From positions 176,392,001 to 176,456,000 of the forward strand of contig CM059425.1 in assembly GCA_030390025.1 (NCBI GenBank): a stretch of DNA of 64,000 nucleotides, in the 5' to 3' direction. Position numbers and translations under genes: made by a program. The notes beneath the pieces are model-generated. The model searched no databases. It saw only the letters and a program-made list of their open reading frames with translations, and was not told the DNA's origin. This DNA comes from Squalus acanthias (taxonomy: Eukaryota). Positions 1-12,671 of this stretch are shown here, piece by piece. Positions within the stretch are counted from its first letter, which is position 1; every line of letters begins with the position of its first letter.

Positions 1-890
1 TGCCTATATCCCTTTGCAGGCTCTTTGTGTCCTCCTCACAGCTTACTTTCCCACCCAGCTTTGCATTGTTAGCATACTTGGATACATTACACTCAGTCCC
101 TTCGTCTAAGTCATTGATATAGATTGTAAATAGCTGAGGCCCAAGCACTGATCCTTGCGACAACCCACTAGTTGCACCCTGCCAACCTGCAAATGACCCA
201 TTTATCCCTACTCTCTGTTTTCTGTTCGTTAACCAATCCTCTATCCATGCTAATATACTATCCCCAACCCCATGAGCCCTTATCTTGCATAAAAACCTTT
301 TATGTGGCACCTTATTGAATGCCCTTTGGAAATCCAAATATACCACATCTACTGGTTCCCCTTTATCTACCCTGCTAGGTACATCCTCAAAAAACTCTAA
401 TAAATTTGTTAAACACAATTTACCTTTCATAAAACCATGTTGACTCTGCCTAATCATATTATGATTTTCTAAGTGTCCTGTTACCACTTCCTTAATAATG
501 GATTCCAGCATTTTCCCAACGACTGATGTCAGGCTAACTGGCCTGTAGTTCCCTGTTTTCTCTGTTCCTCATCTCTTGAATAGTGGGATTTCATTTGCTA
601 CCTTCCAATCCCCAGGTCCATTCTAGAATCTAGGGAATTTTGGAAAATCAGAACCAAAGCATCCACTATCTCTGTAACCACCTCTTCTATGATGTAGGCC
701 ATCAATTCCAGGGGATTTGTTGGCTTTTAGTCCCATTAGTTTACTTTAAGTTCCTCACTCTCATTAGCCTCTTGGTTCCCCATTGTTTTTGTGTCTTTTA
801 CTATGGAGACAGATACAAAATATTTGTTTAAAGTCTCTGCCATTTACTTATTCCCCATTATAATTTCTCCTGTCTCAGCCTCTAAGGGAC
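1..890 (-). mobile_element. CR1 LINE ORF2 (RT) fragment, degenerate
   Basis: Reverse complement of 1-170 reads like QGSVLGPQLFTIYINDLDEGTECNVSKY, matching the CR1 RT at 57.6-59.3 kb. Confidence 0.85.
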
Positions 891-1065
891 CAATGCTAAG
901 GGTGTTAATCCTCTTGAAACTCTAAGGGCATTTGTAGCGTCCAAAATATGGGCACTACTTCTCATTTGAGAGGCAGTCCTTCTGACAGCACATCACTCCC
1001 TCAGTACTGCACTGGCATGTCAGCCTAGATTATGTGCTCAAATACTGGAGAGGGGTTTGAAACCT

Positions 1066-2768
1066 CCTGAAGTCCCCACCATCACAGAAGCCAGTCTTCA
1101 GCCAATTCAATTCACTCCACATGATATCAAGAAACGGCTGAGCGCACTGGATACAGCAAAGGCTGTGGACCCCGACAACATGTTGTGCTGAAGACTTGTG
1201 CTCCAGAACTAGCTGCGCCTCTAGCCAAGCAGCTCCCGTACAGCTATAACACTGGCATCTATCCAACAATGTGGAAAACTGCGCAGGTATGTCTTGTCCA
1301 CAAAAAGCAGGACAAATCCAACCCGGCCAATTACTGCCCCATCAGTCTACTCTCAATCATCAGCAAAGTGATGGAAGGTGTCGTCAACAGTGCTATCAAG
1401 CTATAACACTGGCATCTATCCAACAATGTGGAAAACTGCGCAGGTATGTCTTGTCCACAAAAAGCAGGACAAAACCAACCCGGCCAATTACTGCCCCATC
1501 AGTCTACTCTCAATCATCAGCAAAGTGATGGAAGGTGTCGTCAACAGTGCTATCAAGCAGCATTTACTCACCAATAACCTGCTCACTGATGCCCAGTTTT
1601 GGTTCCACCAGGACCACTCGGCTCCTGACCTCATTACAGCCTTGGTCCGAACATGGACACAAGAGCTGAATTCCAGAAGTGAGGTGAAAGTGACTGCCCT
1701 TGACATCAAGGCAGCATTTGACCGAGTGTGGCATCAAGGAGCCCTAGTAAAACTGAAGTCAATGGGAATCGGGGGGGGTGGGGGTGGGGCGAAACTCTCC
1801 ACTGGCTGGAGTCATACCTAGCACAAAGGAAGATGGTTGTGGTGGTTGGAAGTCAATCTTCACAGCCCCAGGATATCACTGCAGGACTTCCTCAGGGCAG
1901 TGTCCTAGGCCCAACCATCTTCAGCTGCTTCATCAATGACCTTCCCTCCATCATAAGGTCAGAAGTGGGAATGTTCGCTGATGACTGCACAGTGTTCAGT
2001 GCCATTCGCAACTCCTCAGATAATGATGCAGTCCATGTCCGCATGCAGCAAGACCTGGACGACATTCAGGCTTGGGCTGATAAGTGGCAGGTAACATTCG
2101 CGCCACACAAGTACCAGGCAATGACTATCTCCAACAAGCGAGCGTCTAACCACCACCTCTTGACATTCAATGGCATTACCATCACCGAATCCCCCACCAT
2201 CAATATCCTGGGGGTCACCATTGACCAGAAACTTAACTGGACCAGCCACATAAATACTCTGGCAACAAGAGCAGGTCAATGGTTGGGTATTCTCCTGCGA
2301 GTGTCTCACTTCCTGACTCTCCAAAGCCTTTCCACCATCTACAAGGCACAAATCAGGAGTGTGATGAAATACTCTCCACTTGCCTGGATGAGTGCAGCTC
2401 CAACAACACTCAAGAAGCTCGACACCATCCAAGACAAAGCAGCCTGCTTGATTGGCACCCCATCTATCACCTTAAACATTCACTCCCTCCACCACCATCT
2501 ACAAGATGCACTGCAGCAACTCACCAAGGCTCCTTCGGCAGCACCTCCCAAACCCGCGACTTGCAAGTATATTGTTGTTCCTTCATTGTCGCTGGGTCAA
2601 AATCCAGGAACTCCTTCCCTAACAGCACTGTGGGAGTACCTTCACCACACGGACTACAGCGGTTGAAGAAGGCGGCTCACCACCACCTTCTCAAGGGCAA
2701 CTGGGGATGGGCAATAAATGCTGGCCTTGCCAGCGACGCCCACTTCCCATGAACGAATAAAAAAAAAT
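1066..2768 (+). mobile_element. 5'-truncated CR1-group LINE (second family), RT domain, frameshifted
   Basis: Motifs DIKAAFDRVWH, PQGSVLGP, FADD in ORFs 1378-1821 and 1728-2666; A-rich 3' end; same family as 19965-23070. Confidence 0.9.
1242..1557 (+). repeat. 157-bp tandem duplication inside the LINE
   Basis: agctataacactggcatc...gtgctatcaag occurs at 1242 and 1399, nearly identical. Confidence 0.95.
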
Positions 2769-2849
2769 ACAACCTTTAGACTCAGAGGTGAGAATGCTAC
2801 CATTGAGCCAAGGCTGACATAATTCAATGATGAATCAGTACATGACATT

Positions 2850-3340
2850 GGAGTACTGTATGTGGTTTCAGGCATACTTTTATAGAAAGGATATTGGAGG
2901 CTTGAAAAATTGAAAAGTAGAATGATTGTGATGATACCAGAGATAAGGGGATGTAATAATGAGAGACTTCAAAAATTAGGCTCTACTGAATGGAGCAGAG
3001 AGTGTTAAGGAAGGATCTCATAAAATTGTTAAAAATTTTGAAAGGATTTTAAGGTAAACATGACTATTTTCAGTGGTTGGTGAATCAGTAACAAGGGGGT
3101 ATAAATGTAAGATTAGTACTGCAAAAATAAAGTCGGAGGTTAATTAGCAAATGGAATGCATTACAACAAGTGGCGATTGAAGTTGATTCAGTCACATTTT
3201 AAGAGGAAGCTGAAGAAGAAATATGTTAAAGGGTATAGAGAAAGTGCAGGGAAGTAGGATTAGAGTGGATAGCTCTGATGTGGCAATGGACAGGTATAAT
3301 GGGCTGAATGCCCTTTTCGTGCTGAAATTTCTATGAATCC
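2850..3340 (+). mobile_element. Old CR1 3' end
   Basis: Degenerate similarity to the CR1 C-terminus and tail at 13490-14030. Confidence 0.65.
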
Positions 3341-5574
3341 ATCACATCAGTGATCAGAAACCTATTTTTGAATGGGATTTGAAGTTGAGACTTCTCAGAT
3401 TAATGTAGCAAAAAAATCCCAATTTATCTTGGTACTAAACCTCTTGAGATTATCCTGTTTTATTCAGTGCACTGTATTCCATCAAATGTTAGAAAGTACA
3501 AAAGAGTCTCATTAATAGATCCTAATGTAAAAGCACTTTAAAAATCTATAATAGCTTGCATCTGCATGTGTAATGTGGTGCAGTGTTGTCCATGCCCGTG
3601 TGTGTGCAGGTGAAACATTTGATCATTAGAAAAGGACATTTTTTATGCTGTTGTGGTAACTGACAGTTGAACACTCTCTGCCTTTTGTTCATTTTACCAT
3701 AATTTTATTTGACCAACTTATAATAGTATACGGATTTAATTAAAATAGCTTAGGCAATAGAAGTTTAAAGTTTTGTAAACAGCTATGCTGTTAATAAACT
3801 GAACTACCTTGTCATTTTTAAATAAGTACATAATCTATAACACAGCCACTTCCTTTGAGCACAACAGGGACTTTTTAAAATAAAATGCTAGATCCTATGG
3901 AATGAATACAAAGGAATGTAATTTATTTGTATATCCAATGCAAATTGCAAAGATAAGACTGCTTTGATAGAAATCCAGTTAGAACATCCATTGTGGTAGC
4001 GAGGAGAGGCCGCGATCGGCAGAAGGTTTGCTTGAGGGGCCGTAGGAAGCACTCCTGCTCTTCCTGGCTCAAAGCACTTACCTGCTTGATCCAGCTGCTC
4101 CTGTCTCCATTTTGATGCCGGGCTTCCCGAGCCCTGGAAATCCCAGCCGGCCAGCGTTAAATTTAAATCAGACTCCCAGTATATTATAATGAAGGGTCCC
4201 ACCTATCCACGGCAGGACACTGACACGCCATGCAACCCACCGACGTAAAAATGACGCTAGGCGTGTACGCAGCGGGTTGTGGTCGCGTTTCGCAATTTTA
4301 TTTTTTAACCCCTCTCCGACCCTCTCCCGCCCATTGTGTGTGTGGGGGGAGTGGGGTTAATATTGACCCCATCGTATATTCTTTGTTTATCAAGGCCATA
4401 CCTTGCCTGAATGAACTAATTTTCTGTTTTGATAAAAATAGGATCTTACGTGACAACGTTAAGTAGGAACAATAAGATTGCAAAAGTTTCAACAATTTGT
4501 TCATGGAAATATTATCCCTTGGTTTCATCATTTGTGCAGTTAAAATACATTTTACCTTCACAGAGGTTGAATGTGTTCGGGATTGATTGGCTTCTTATTG
4601 ATTAAATGTTTTTGAATCATTTCGGTGCATTGATTTTGCTTTTTAAAGTGTTGTGGTTGCAATATTTTACAATAAAACTAGAGGCAGATGTTTTAAAAAT
4701 AAAATAAAATTTATGATCATACAAATATAAACTATTAAGTGTTTTGTAACATTAAATCTAGCACAGAACCTCGGAGCTTTGTAACTGGTATCCATGAAAC
4801 TTAAAATATTGCTTTACATTTGACACTTACAAGTTGGTTTTGCTCTTCAATTGGGATATAAAAGTAGGAATAAATGTCATATTTCCAAAATTGCCACTTT
4901 TAAAAGGACTGCTCTTCATATTTCCTTCCCAGAGCATCTATACTACTAGTTCCCACACTGAGGTTGTATAGACCACTCAAGGCCAAAATTGGACCTCATT
5001 GTGCTTGTTTTCCAGGTGGAAAATGGTGGCACAGAGGGTCAATTTAGGGGGGCAACTTCCCATGCCCAAACATCATCAGAAACAATGTCCAAGGCCATAT
5101 TTGTTCAGGCGTTATTGAGGTATCCCTGGTGTCAGCCTAAAGCATCATGGTAGGCACTCGCAGTTCACTGGACTAAATAAAATGAGGCCTGAGGCCCAAT
5201 AACGATCAGGGCTTGGAACTACCTGTTCCGGCCTTGGGCGGTATCTGATCATTTCCTGCACCTAGTTTGCGCTGGCCTAGCGCCATGAATGAATTTCTAA
5301 CCCCTGATTTCTCTGCATGCACTGCTGTTTGCTTCCCTGAGTACTCAGCTTCTTTCAGAAGTTTTGCTGAACACATCATGATGTACAATACATACATATC
5401 TATAAAAGTACTCTTCAGATTACAAAATATACTAATTTGTTTTTGTAATGGCACCACCAGTTATAAAGCAAATGACAGAATTCTTTCCCCTCCTCTTCCT
5501 ATAAGCAATGCTGGTACCAGTGCATGAAATATAGCTTCAAAAATCAAACTGCTTACTTAGTAACACAATAGCAA

Positions 5575-5760
5575 AATACTGCGGATGCTGGAAATCTGAA
5601 ATAACAACAGAAAATGCTGGAAACACTCAGCAGGCCAGGCAGCATCTGTGGAGAGAGAAACAGAGTTAACGTTTCAGATCTGGGACCCTTCATCAGAACT
5701 GGAAAAAGCTGGAGATGTAACAGATATTAAGCAGGTGCAGAGACAGGGAGAGGGATGGGG
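5575..5760 (-). mobile_element. Penelope-like pLTR fragment (family B) with hammerhead motif at 5664-5700
   Basis: Minus strand AGTT-CTGATGA-A-GGGTC..GATCT-GAAA-CGTT-AACT; related decayed copies near 18070-18260 and 63430-63570. Confidence 0.65.
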
Positions 5761-5829
5761 GCAGTGGGTGGGGTGGGTGGGAGGGGAGGGAGGAATTGAA
5801 GGAACATACTGTGCTTACTTTGTAACATT

Positions 5830-6590
5830 GGCCCAGAAATTGGAGTTCGATGGTTGCAGTGGGGGTAAGGATCCCCCGCGATATCGCACTCCGCGCCTAC
5901 CTTTATGGTTCGGGCCCACACGAACTTCAGTTCCTGGGCCTCTCCCTGGTGCCGGCGCGCAGTTTGTGCGTGTCCCAGAGGCGCAGTTAATTCGATGCGA
6001 CCTCTGGGATCACGTGGGCCAGTTAGAGCCAATGGCAGCACACCATCTTTCATTCATAGTTTTGACAGCAAGAGCTGTCAAAACTATGAATACAACAAGC
6101 CCCCAAAAGAACAGCTAAACCTCAATTAAATTTTTTTTAAAAGCCATCACATTAATAAAATAACTATAGTTAAATAAATTAACCACTTTAAACAAAAATT
6201 TAAATTTTTGAAAAAATTTAAATTCTTTTTAAAAGTTATAAAAATAAACTTACTTTAAAGTCTCTAAAAAAGATAAACCTGTTGAAATTTTTTTTAAATA
6301 ATACTTAATTAACTACTTACCTTGTTAAAAGGGGGTCTTACGCCTGCTTTCTTTATGTGTAAAATCTTCAACACTTACCTTCGCGTTCAAACCTGAAAAA
6401 AAAACTAAGTGCGCTGCGTGCGCACAACCTGTAGCATGCACGCGGTTCACTTAGGAACCGCCCCCTTTGCAATACCCGAAGTGCCGGTTTCCCGCGCATG
6501 CGCAGTGCATGCAGGAAACCGGCACTTCGGGACCGAATACGCAAGAGTACACAGTGCGTACTCTCCCGCATTAGGTCTAATTTTCGGGCC
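5830..6590. mobile_element. Harbinger-type MITE
   Basis: Imperfect TIR ggcccagaaattg / ctaattttcgggcc; ATT on both flanks. Confidence 0.8.
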
Positions 6591-6754
6591 ATTGACTTGT
6601 ATTGACTGCTTATGGAATATCATATGGCATAAATAAGATAGGCTACCTTAACATCACATGATACTGAAATATGTAATATAATACGGATGTATAGGTAGCC
6701 AGAACTTGATACACAAGGTATTAGCTAAGATCTAGAACAAGATGTGAAAGGAAA

Positions 6755-7224
6755 AAGAAAGAAAGACTTGCATTTATATAGTGCCTTTCATGACCACCGG
6801 ACGTCCCAAAGTGCTTTACAGCCAATGAAGTACATTTTGAAGTGTAGTCACTGTTGTAATGTAGGAAATGTGGCAGCCAATTTGCACACAGCAATCTCCC
6901 ACCAACAGCAATGTGATAATGAACAAATAATCAGTTTTTAGTGATGATGATTGAGGGATAAATATTGGCTAGGTTACCAGGGGATAACTCCCCTGCACTT
7001 CTTCGAAATACTGCCATAGGATCTTTTATGTCCACCTGAGAGGGCCGACGGGGCCTCGGTTTAAAGTCTCATCCGAAAGACTGCACCTCTGACAGTGCAG
7101 CACTCCCTCAGCATTGCACTGGAATGTCAGCCTAGATTTTTGTGCTGAAGTCTCTGGAGTGGGACTGGAACCCACAACCTCCTGACTCAGAGGCAAGGAT
7201 GCTACCAACTGAGCCACAGCTGAC
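6755..7224 (-). mobile_element. Full-length tRNA-headed DeuSINE (SacSINE1-like)
   Basis: Minus strand has A/B boxes (tggctcagttgg, ggttccagtcc), a Deu-domain-like core (tttcggatgagac..aaaccgagg..aaaagatcc) and an L2-like tail (tatataaatgcaagtc). Confidence 0.85.
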
Positions 7225-7840
7225 AAAAGGCAAATCTTAACCAATTTATGTTACACTAGAATTATGCCATATTTCTAAGAGGGGCAGTCATGGAGGACGT
7301 AAGATATATATGGGTTGAAATTGTGCTATGTGATATTAATAGCAAAGACATTAGTATGATTTTTTTTGCTATTTTAGCAAAGGTATTAACATGGATTGGC
7401 AACTTTGTTAAAATAGCAGAAAAAGCAATTTCATACCAATATGTTAACATGTTCTTTGCAAAATAATTCTGCATTTTCAATCCATTAGTTCTTTAAACCT
7501 TGGATAGATTCATACATATTCAAGAACGTTATGCAATTACTGCTTTAATATGGATAAGTTATCAATATTCTGTTGCATTTTACATAAGCAAGAGCTAATG
7601 TTTGATTCAATATCTGTTTGAGCTTTTGGCAGTTGTGTTAAGATAAATAAGTAGGATTATTTCTGCTCATCTAGTACTGTGTCGGTCAAGCGGTGTGACA
7701 AATCAGAGATAATGGAGGGGTCGAAAGGTGTGGTGGTGGTGAGGTAGAGCTGGGTGAACACTGAGAATATACTAGTAGGTTGGAAACAGGCTAATATGAT
7801 GCCAAGTTCCAAACAGGTTGACAAAGCAGATGCAGGCAAC

Positions 7841-10343
7841 CTCCCTTCCCCATGCCCACTGAGCCAAACCTCTCATAAGGTTCCCCCCGTCCTAGCCCTC
7901 AACTCACATCTTTGTCTAGTTTCTCTCCTATCTCCCATCATGCCCTCTCTGAGCTCATCTTGTCCATGAGACCCACCTCCTGCTCCCTCAACCCTTTTGC
8001 CACCAAACTGCTGACCACCCAACTTCCCTTCCTGGCCCCCAAGTTAGCTGATATTGTTAATGGTTCCCTCTGCTCAGGTACCGTCCCCCTCCTCTTCTAA
8101 TCTGTTGTCATCACCCCGCTCCTCAAAAACTCCACCCTTGACCCCTCCGTCCTTGCAAACTACAGCCCCATCTCCAACCTCCCTTTCCAAAGCCCTTGAA
8201 CATGTTGTCACTTCCCAAATCCATGCCCATCTTTCCCGCAACTCCATATTTGAATCCCTCCAATCTGTTTTCTGCCCCAGCCACAGTACTGAAACGGCCC
8301 TTTATCAAAGTCACAAATGACATCCTTTGTGTCTGTGATCATGGTAAGCTATCCCTCCTTGTCCTTCTTAACCTGTCTGCGGCTTTTGACATGGTTGACC
8401 ACACCATCCCCTCCAATGCCTCTCCAACGTCATCCAGCTGGGTGGAACTGCCCTCGCCTGGTTCCATTCTTACCTATCCAGTCGTAGCCAGAGAATCACC
8501 TGAAATGATTTCTTTTCCAACTCCTGCACCGTTACCTCTGGAGACCCCAAGGGTCTATCTTTGGCCCACTCTTATTTCTCATCTGCATGCTGCCCCTTGG
8601 CGACAGCATCTGAAAACATAACATCAGGTTCCACATGTACACTGACTACACCCAGCTCTACCTCACCACCACACCTTTTGACTCCTCCATTATCTCTGAT
8701 TTGTTACACTGCTTGTCTGACACAGTACTAGATGAACAGAAATTTCCTCCACTAAATATTGGGAAGACCGAAGCCGTTATCTTCGGTCCCCGCCACAAAC
8801 TCCGTTCCGTAGTCGCCGACTCCATCCCTCCCTGGCTGTACCCTCTGAGGCTGAACCACACTGTTTGCAACCTTGGGGGGAAAAATTCAGCTGCTTGCGC
8901 CTCCCGTTAGCGCCTTAAGAGGGCGCTAATGGGGCGAAAAGCAGCTAACGCCCGGGCGCAGCGCCGCCCACGCCTCCCGAAAAATTCAGCGGGAGGTTAG
9001 CGGCGGCGCCAGCCGGTAGCGCCCTGTGGCGCTGCGCCGCCGGCGATGACGTCATCGCCGTGCGCAGCACCCCGCTCGCGCTCCAGCCACGATCTTCAGT
9101 CGCGCCCCCTGATTTACCGCCAGACGCTATGTCCGACGGGTTCAGGGAGGCGTACGTGCGGCCGGGGCGGCGATATTTAAAGGGGAGGTGGCAGGCGGCC
9201 ATTTTTGTTGCTGGCCGCCTGCCAGCACCTGCCCCCGTTGCTGTCCCCGGCCCCCGTGAAGCCCACCCACCGTGAAGTGCCAGCTGCGCTCCAAGAGCCC
9301 GGCACTTCTCTTGAGTGCCGGGCTCTTTTGCCGGCACTCCCGATCCCTGGGGGCCCAGCTGGGCCCCGGTTCGCGCTGCGCAGGGTCCCTCCCCTTTAAG
9401 AAGGGGAGGAAGGCCTGCAATACCGCGGCGCGACGTGCCGCAGCGCGTGGCGCTGCGGCACGTAGCGCCAGGATATTCCCTCGCAGCGCCCCAAGAGGGA
9501 TGCGGGGTGCTTCCAGTGGCGCCCCGCTTCCCTCTTGGGGCGCAACCACTGAAGTTCTGGCGCGGGGCCGCTAATTTTTTCGGGGCGCTAAAAGTCGCGC
9601 CCCGGCGAGGTTAGCGCCCCAAATGGGGCGCGACTCAATTTTTACCCCTTGATGTCTTATTTGACACCAAGATGAGCTTCCGACATCATATCCGCTCCAT
9701 CACCAAGACTGCCTACTTCCACCTCCGTAACATCGCCTAACTCTGCCTCAGCTCATCTGCCACTGAAACTCTTATCCATGCCTTTGTTACCTCTAGACTT
9801 GACTGTTCCAATGCTCTCCTGGCCAGCCTCCCATCTTCCACCCTACATAAACTTGAGCTCACCCAGAACTCTGCTGCCTGTATCCTAACACTCACCAAGT
9901 CCCATTCGCCCATCACTCCTGTGCTCGCTGACCTACATTAGCTCCCAGTCCAGCAACACTTCAATATTAAAATTCTCATCCTTGTTTTCAAATCCCTCCA
10001 TGGCCTCGCCCCTCCCTATCTCTGAAGCCACCTCCAGCCCTACAAGACTTCGAGATCTCTGCGCTCCTCGAAGTCTGGCCTCTTGTGCGTCCCCTATTTT
10101 AATCGCTCCACCATTGGTGGGCGTGCCTTCAGCTGCTTAGGCCCTAAGCTCTGGTATTCCCTCCCTAAACCTCTCCATCTCTCTCCTCTTTTAAGACACT
10201 CTCTTTGTCCAAGCTTTTGGTTATCTGTCCTAATATCTCATTATGTGGCTCGGTGTCAAATTTTGTTTGATAACACTCCTGTGAAGTGCCTTGGGATGTT
10301 TCACTATGTTAAAGGCACTGTATAAATACAAGTTGCTGTTGTT
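7841..10343 (+). mobile_element. L2 LINE 3' portion, interrupted by a MITE
   Basis: RT remnants (HSTETAL, LLNLSAAFDMVDH, YTDYTQLY) and L2 tail tataaatacaagttgctgttgtt. Confidence 0.85.
8876..9648. mobile_element. 773-bp CpG-rich Harbinger-type MITE, copy 1
   Basis: TIR gggggaaaaattcag / ctcaatttttacccc; TSD TTG; near-identical copies at 11156 and 54156. Confidence 0.92.
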
Positions 10344-10391
10344 ATCAAATTGTGTTTCATTTTACATAAGCAAGAGCTAATTTTTGTTTCA

Positions 10392-11155
10392 CCTCAGTAG
10401 CAGGAAAGATTTTAGAAACGATAAGCAGGGACAAAATTAACAATCACTTGGACAAGTGTGGATTAATTAAGGAAAGCCAGCACGAATTTGTTAAAGGCAA
10501 ATCGTGTTTAACTAACTTGATCGAGTTTTTTGATGAGGTAACAGAGAGGGTTGATGAGGGCAATGCGGTTGACGTGGTGTACATGGACTTTCAAAAGGCG
10601 TTTGATAAAGTGCCACATAATAGGTTTGCCAGCAAAGTTGAAGCCCATGGAATAAAAGGGACAGTGGCAGCATGGATACAAAATTGGCTAAGTGGCAGGA
10701 AACAGAGAGTAGCGGTGAACGGTTGTTTTTCGGAGTGGAGGAAGGTATGCAGTGGTGTTCCCCAGGGGTACTAGGACCACTTCTTTTCTTGATATATATT
10801 AATGACTTGGACTTGGGTGTGCGGGGCACAATTTCAAAATTTGCAGATGACACAAAACTTGAAAGTATAGTAAACAGTGAGGAGGATAGTGATAGACTTC
10901 AAGAAGACATAGACAGGCTGGTGAAATGGGCGGACACGTGGCAGATTAAATTTAACACTGAAAAGTTCGAAGTGATACATTTTGGTAGGAAGAACGAGGA
11001 GAGGCAATATAAACTGAAGGGTACAATCCTAAAGGTGGGGGCATGAACAGAGAGATCTGGGGGTATATGTGCACAAATCGTTGAAGACGGCAGGGCAGGT
11101 TGAGAAAGCAGTTAAAAATGCATACGGGATCTTGGACTTTATAAATAGAGGCATA
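10392..11155 (+). mobile_element. CR1 RT fragment (first duplicate, cut at the breakpoint)
   Basis: KSCLTNLIEFF, YMDFQKAFDKVPH, KFADDTKL. Confidence 0.9.
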
Positions 11156-11928
11156 GGGGGAAAAATTCAGCTGCTTGCGCCTCCCGTTAGCGCCTTAAGA
11201 GGGCGCTAATGGGGCGTAAAGCAGCTAACGCCCGGGCGCAGCGCCGCCCACGCCTCCCGAAAAATTTAGTGGGAGGTTAGCGGCGGCGGCAGCCGGTAGC
11301 GCCCTGTGGCGCTGCGCCGCCGGCGATGACGTCATCGCCGTGCGCAGCACCCCGCTCGCGCTCCAGCCACGATCTTCAGTCGCGCCCCCTGATTTACCGC
11401 CAGACGCTATGTCCGACGGGTTCAGGGAGGCGTACGTGCGGCCGGGGCGGCGATATTTAAAGGGGAGGTGGCAGGCGGCCATTTTTGTTGCTGGCCGCCT
11501 GCCAGCACCTGCCCCCGTTGCTGTCCCCGGCCCCCGTGAAGCCCACCCACCGTGAAGTGCCAGCTGCGCTCCAAGAGCCCGGCACTTCTCTTGAGTGCCG
11601 GGCTCTTTTGCCGGCACTCCCGATCCCTGGGGGCCCAGCTGGGCCCCGGTTCGCGCTGCGCAGGGTCCCTCCCCTTTAAGAAGGGGAGGAAGGCCTGCAA
11701 TACCGCGGCGCGACGTGCCGCAGCGCGTGGCGCTGCGGCACGTAGCGCCAGGATATTCCCTCGCAGCGCCCCAAGAGGGATGCGGGGTGCTTCCAGTGGC
11801 GCCCCGCTTCCCTCTTGGGGCGCAACCACTGAAGTTCCGGCGCGGGGCCGCTAATTTTTTCGGGGCGCTAAAAGTCGCGCCCCGGCGAGGTTAGCGCCCC
11901 AAATGGGGCGCGACTCAATTTTTACCCC
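11156..11928. mobile_element. 773-bp CpG-rich MITE, copy 2
   Basis: Same TIRs; left flank ATA, right flank TTG. Confidence 0.92.
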
Positions 11929-12671
11929 TTGATGTCTTATTTGACACCAAGATGAGCTTCCGACATCATATCCGCTCCATCACCAAGACTGCCTACTTCC
12001 ACCTCCGTAACATCGCCTAACTCTGCCTCAGCTCATCTGCCACTGAAACTCTTATCCATGCCTTTGTTACCTCTAGACTTGACTGTTCCAATGCTCTCCT
12101 GGCCAGCCTCCCATCTTCCACCCTACATAAACTTGAGCTCACCCAGAACTCTGCTGCCTGTATCCTAACACTCACCAAGTCCCATTCGCCCATCACTCCT
12201 GTGCTCGCTGACCTACATTAGCTCCCAGTCCAGCAACACTTCAATATTAAAATTCTCATCCTTGTTTTCAAATCCCTCCATGGCCTCGCCCCTCCCTATC
12301 TCTGAAGCCACCTCCAGCCCTACAAGACTTCGAGATCTCTGCGCTCCTCGAAGTCTGGCCTCTTGTGCGTCCCCTATTTTAATCGCTCCACCATTGGTGG
12401 GCGTGCCTTCAGCTGCTTAGGCCCTAAGCTCTGGTATTCCCTCCCTAAACCTCTCCATCTCTCTCCTCTTTTAAGACACTCTCTTTGTCCAAGCTTTTGG
12501 TTATCTGTCCTAATATCTCATTATGTGGCTCGGTGTCAAATTTTGTTTGATAACACTCCTGTGAAGTGCCTTGGGATGTTTCACTATGTTAAAGGCACTG
12601 TATAAATACAAGTTGCTGTTGTTATCAAATTGTGTTTCATTTTACATAAGCAAGAGCTAATTTTTGTTTCA

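Larger units (their letters stand above)
960..2819 (-). mobile_element. DeuSINE 5' part, split by a LINE (pieces about 960-1065 and 2769-2819)
   Basis: The two pieces join to match 7067-7224 (ctccctcag..tgcactgg..gtcagcctagat | acaacc..gactcagagg..gagcca..gctgaca). Confidence 0.8.

Noticed and set aside
8945..9614. Overlapping Ala/Arg/Gly/Pro-rich ORFs, repeated at 11.2 and 54.2 kb
   Set aside because: Result of high GC content in a non-coding MITE.
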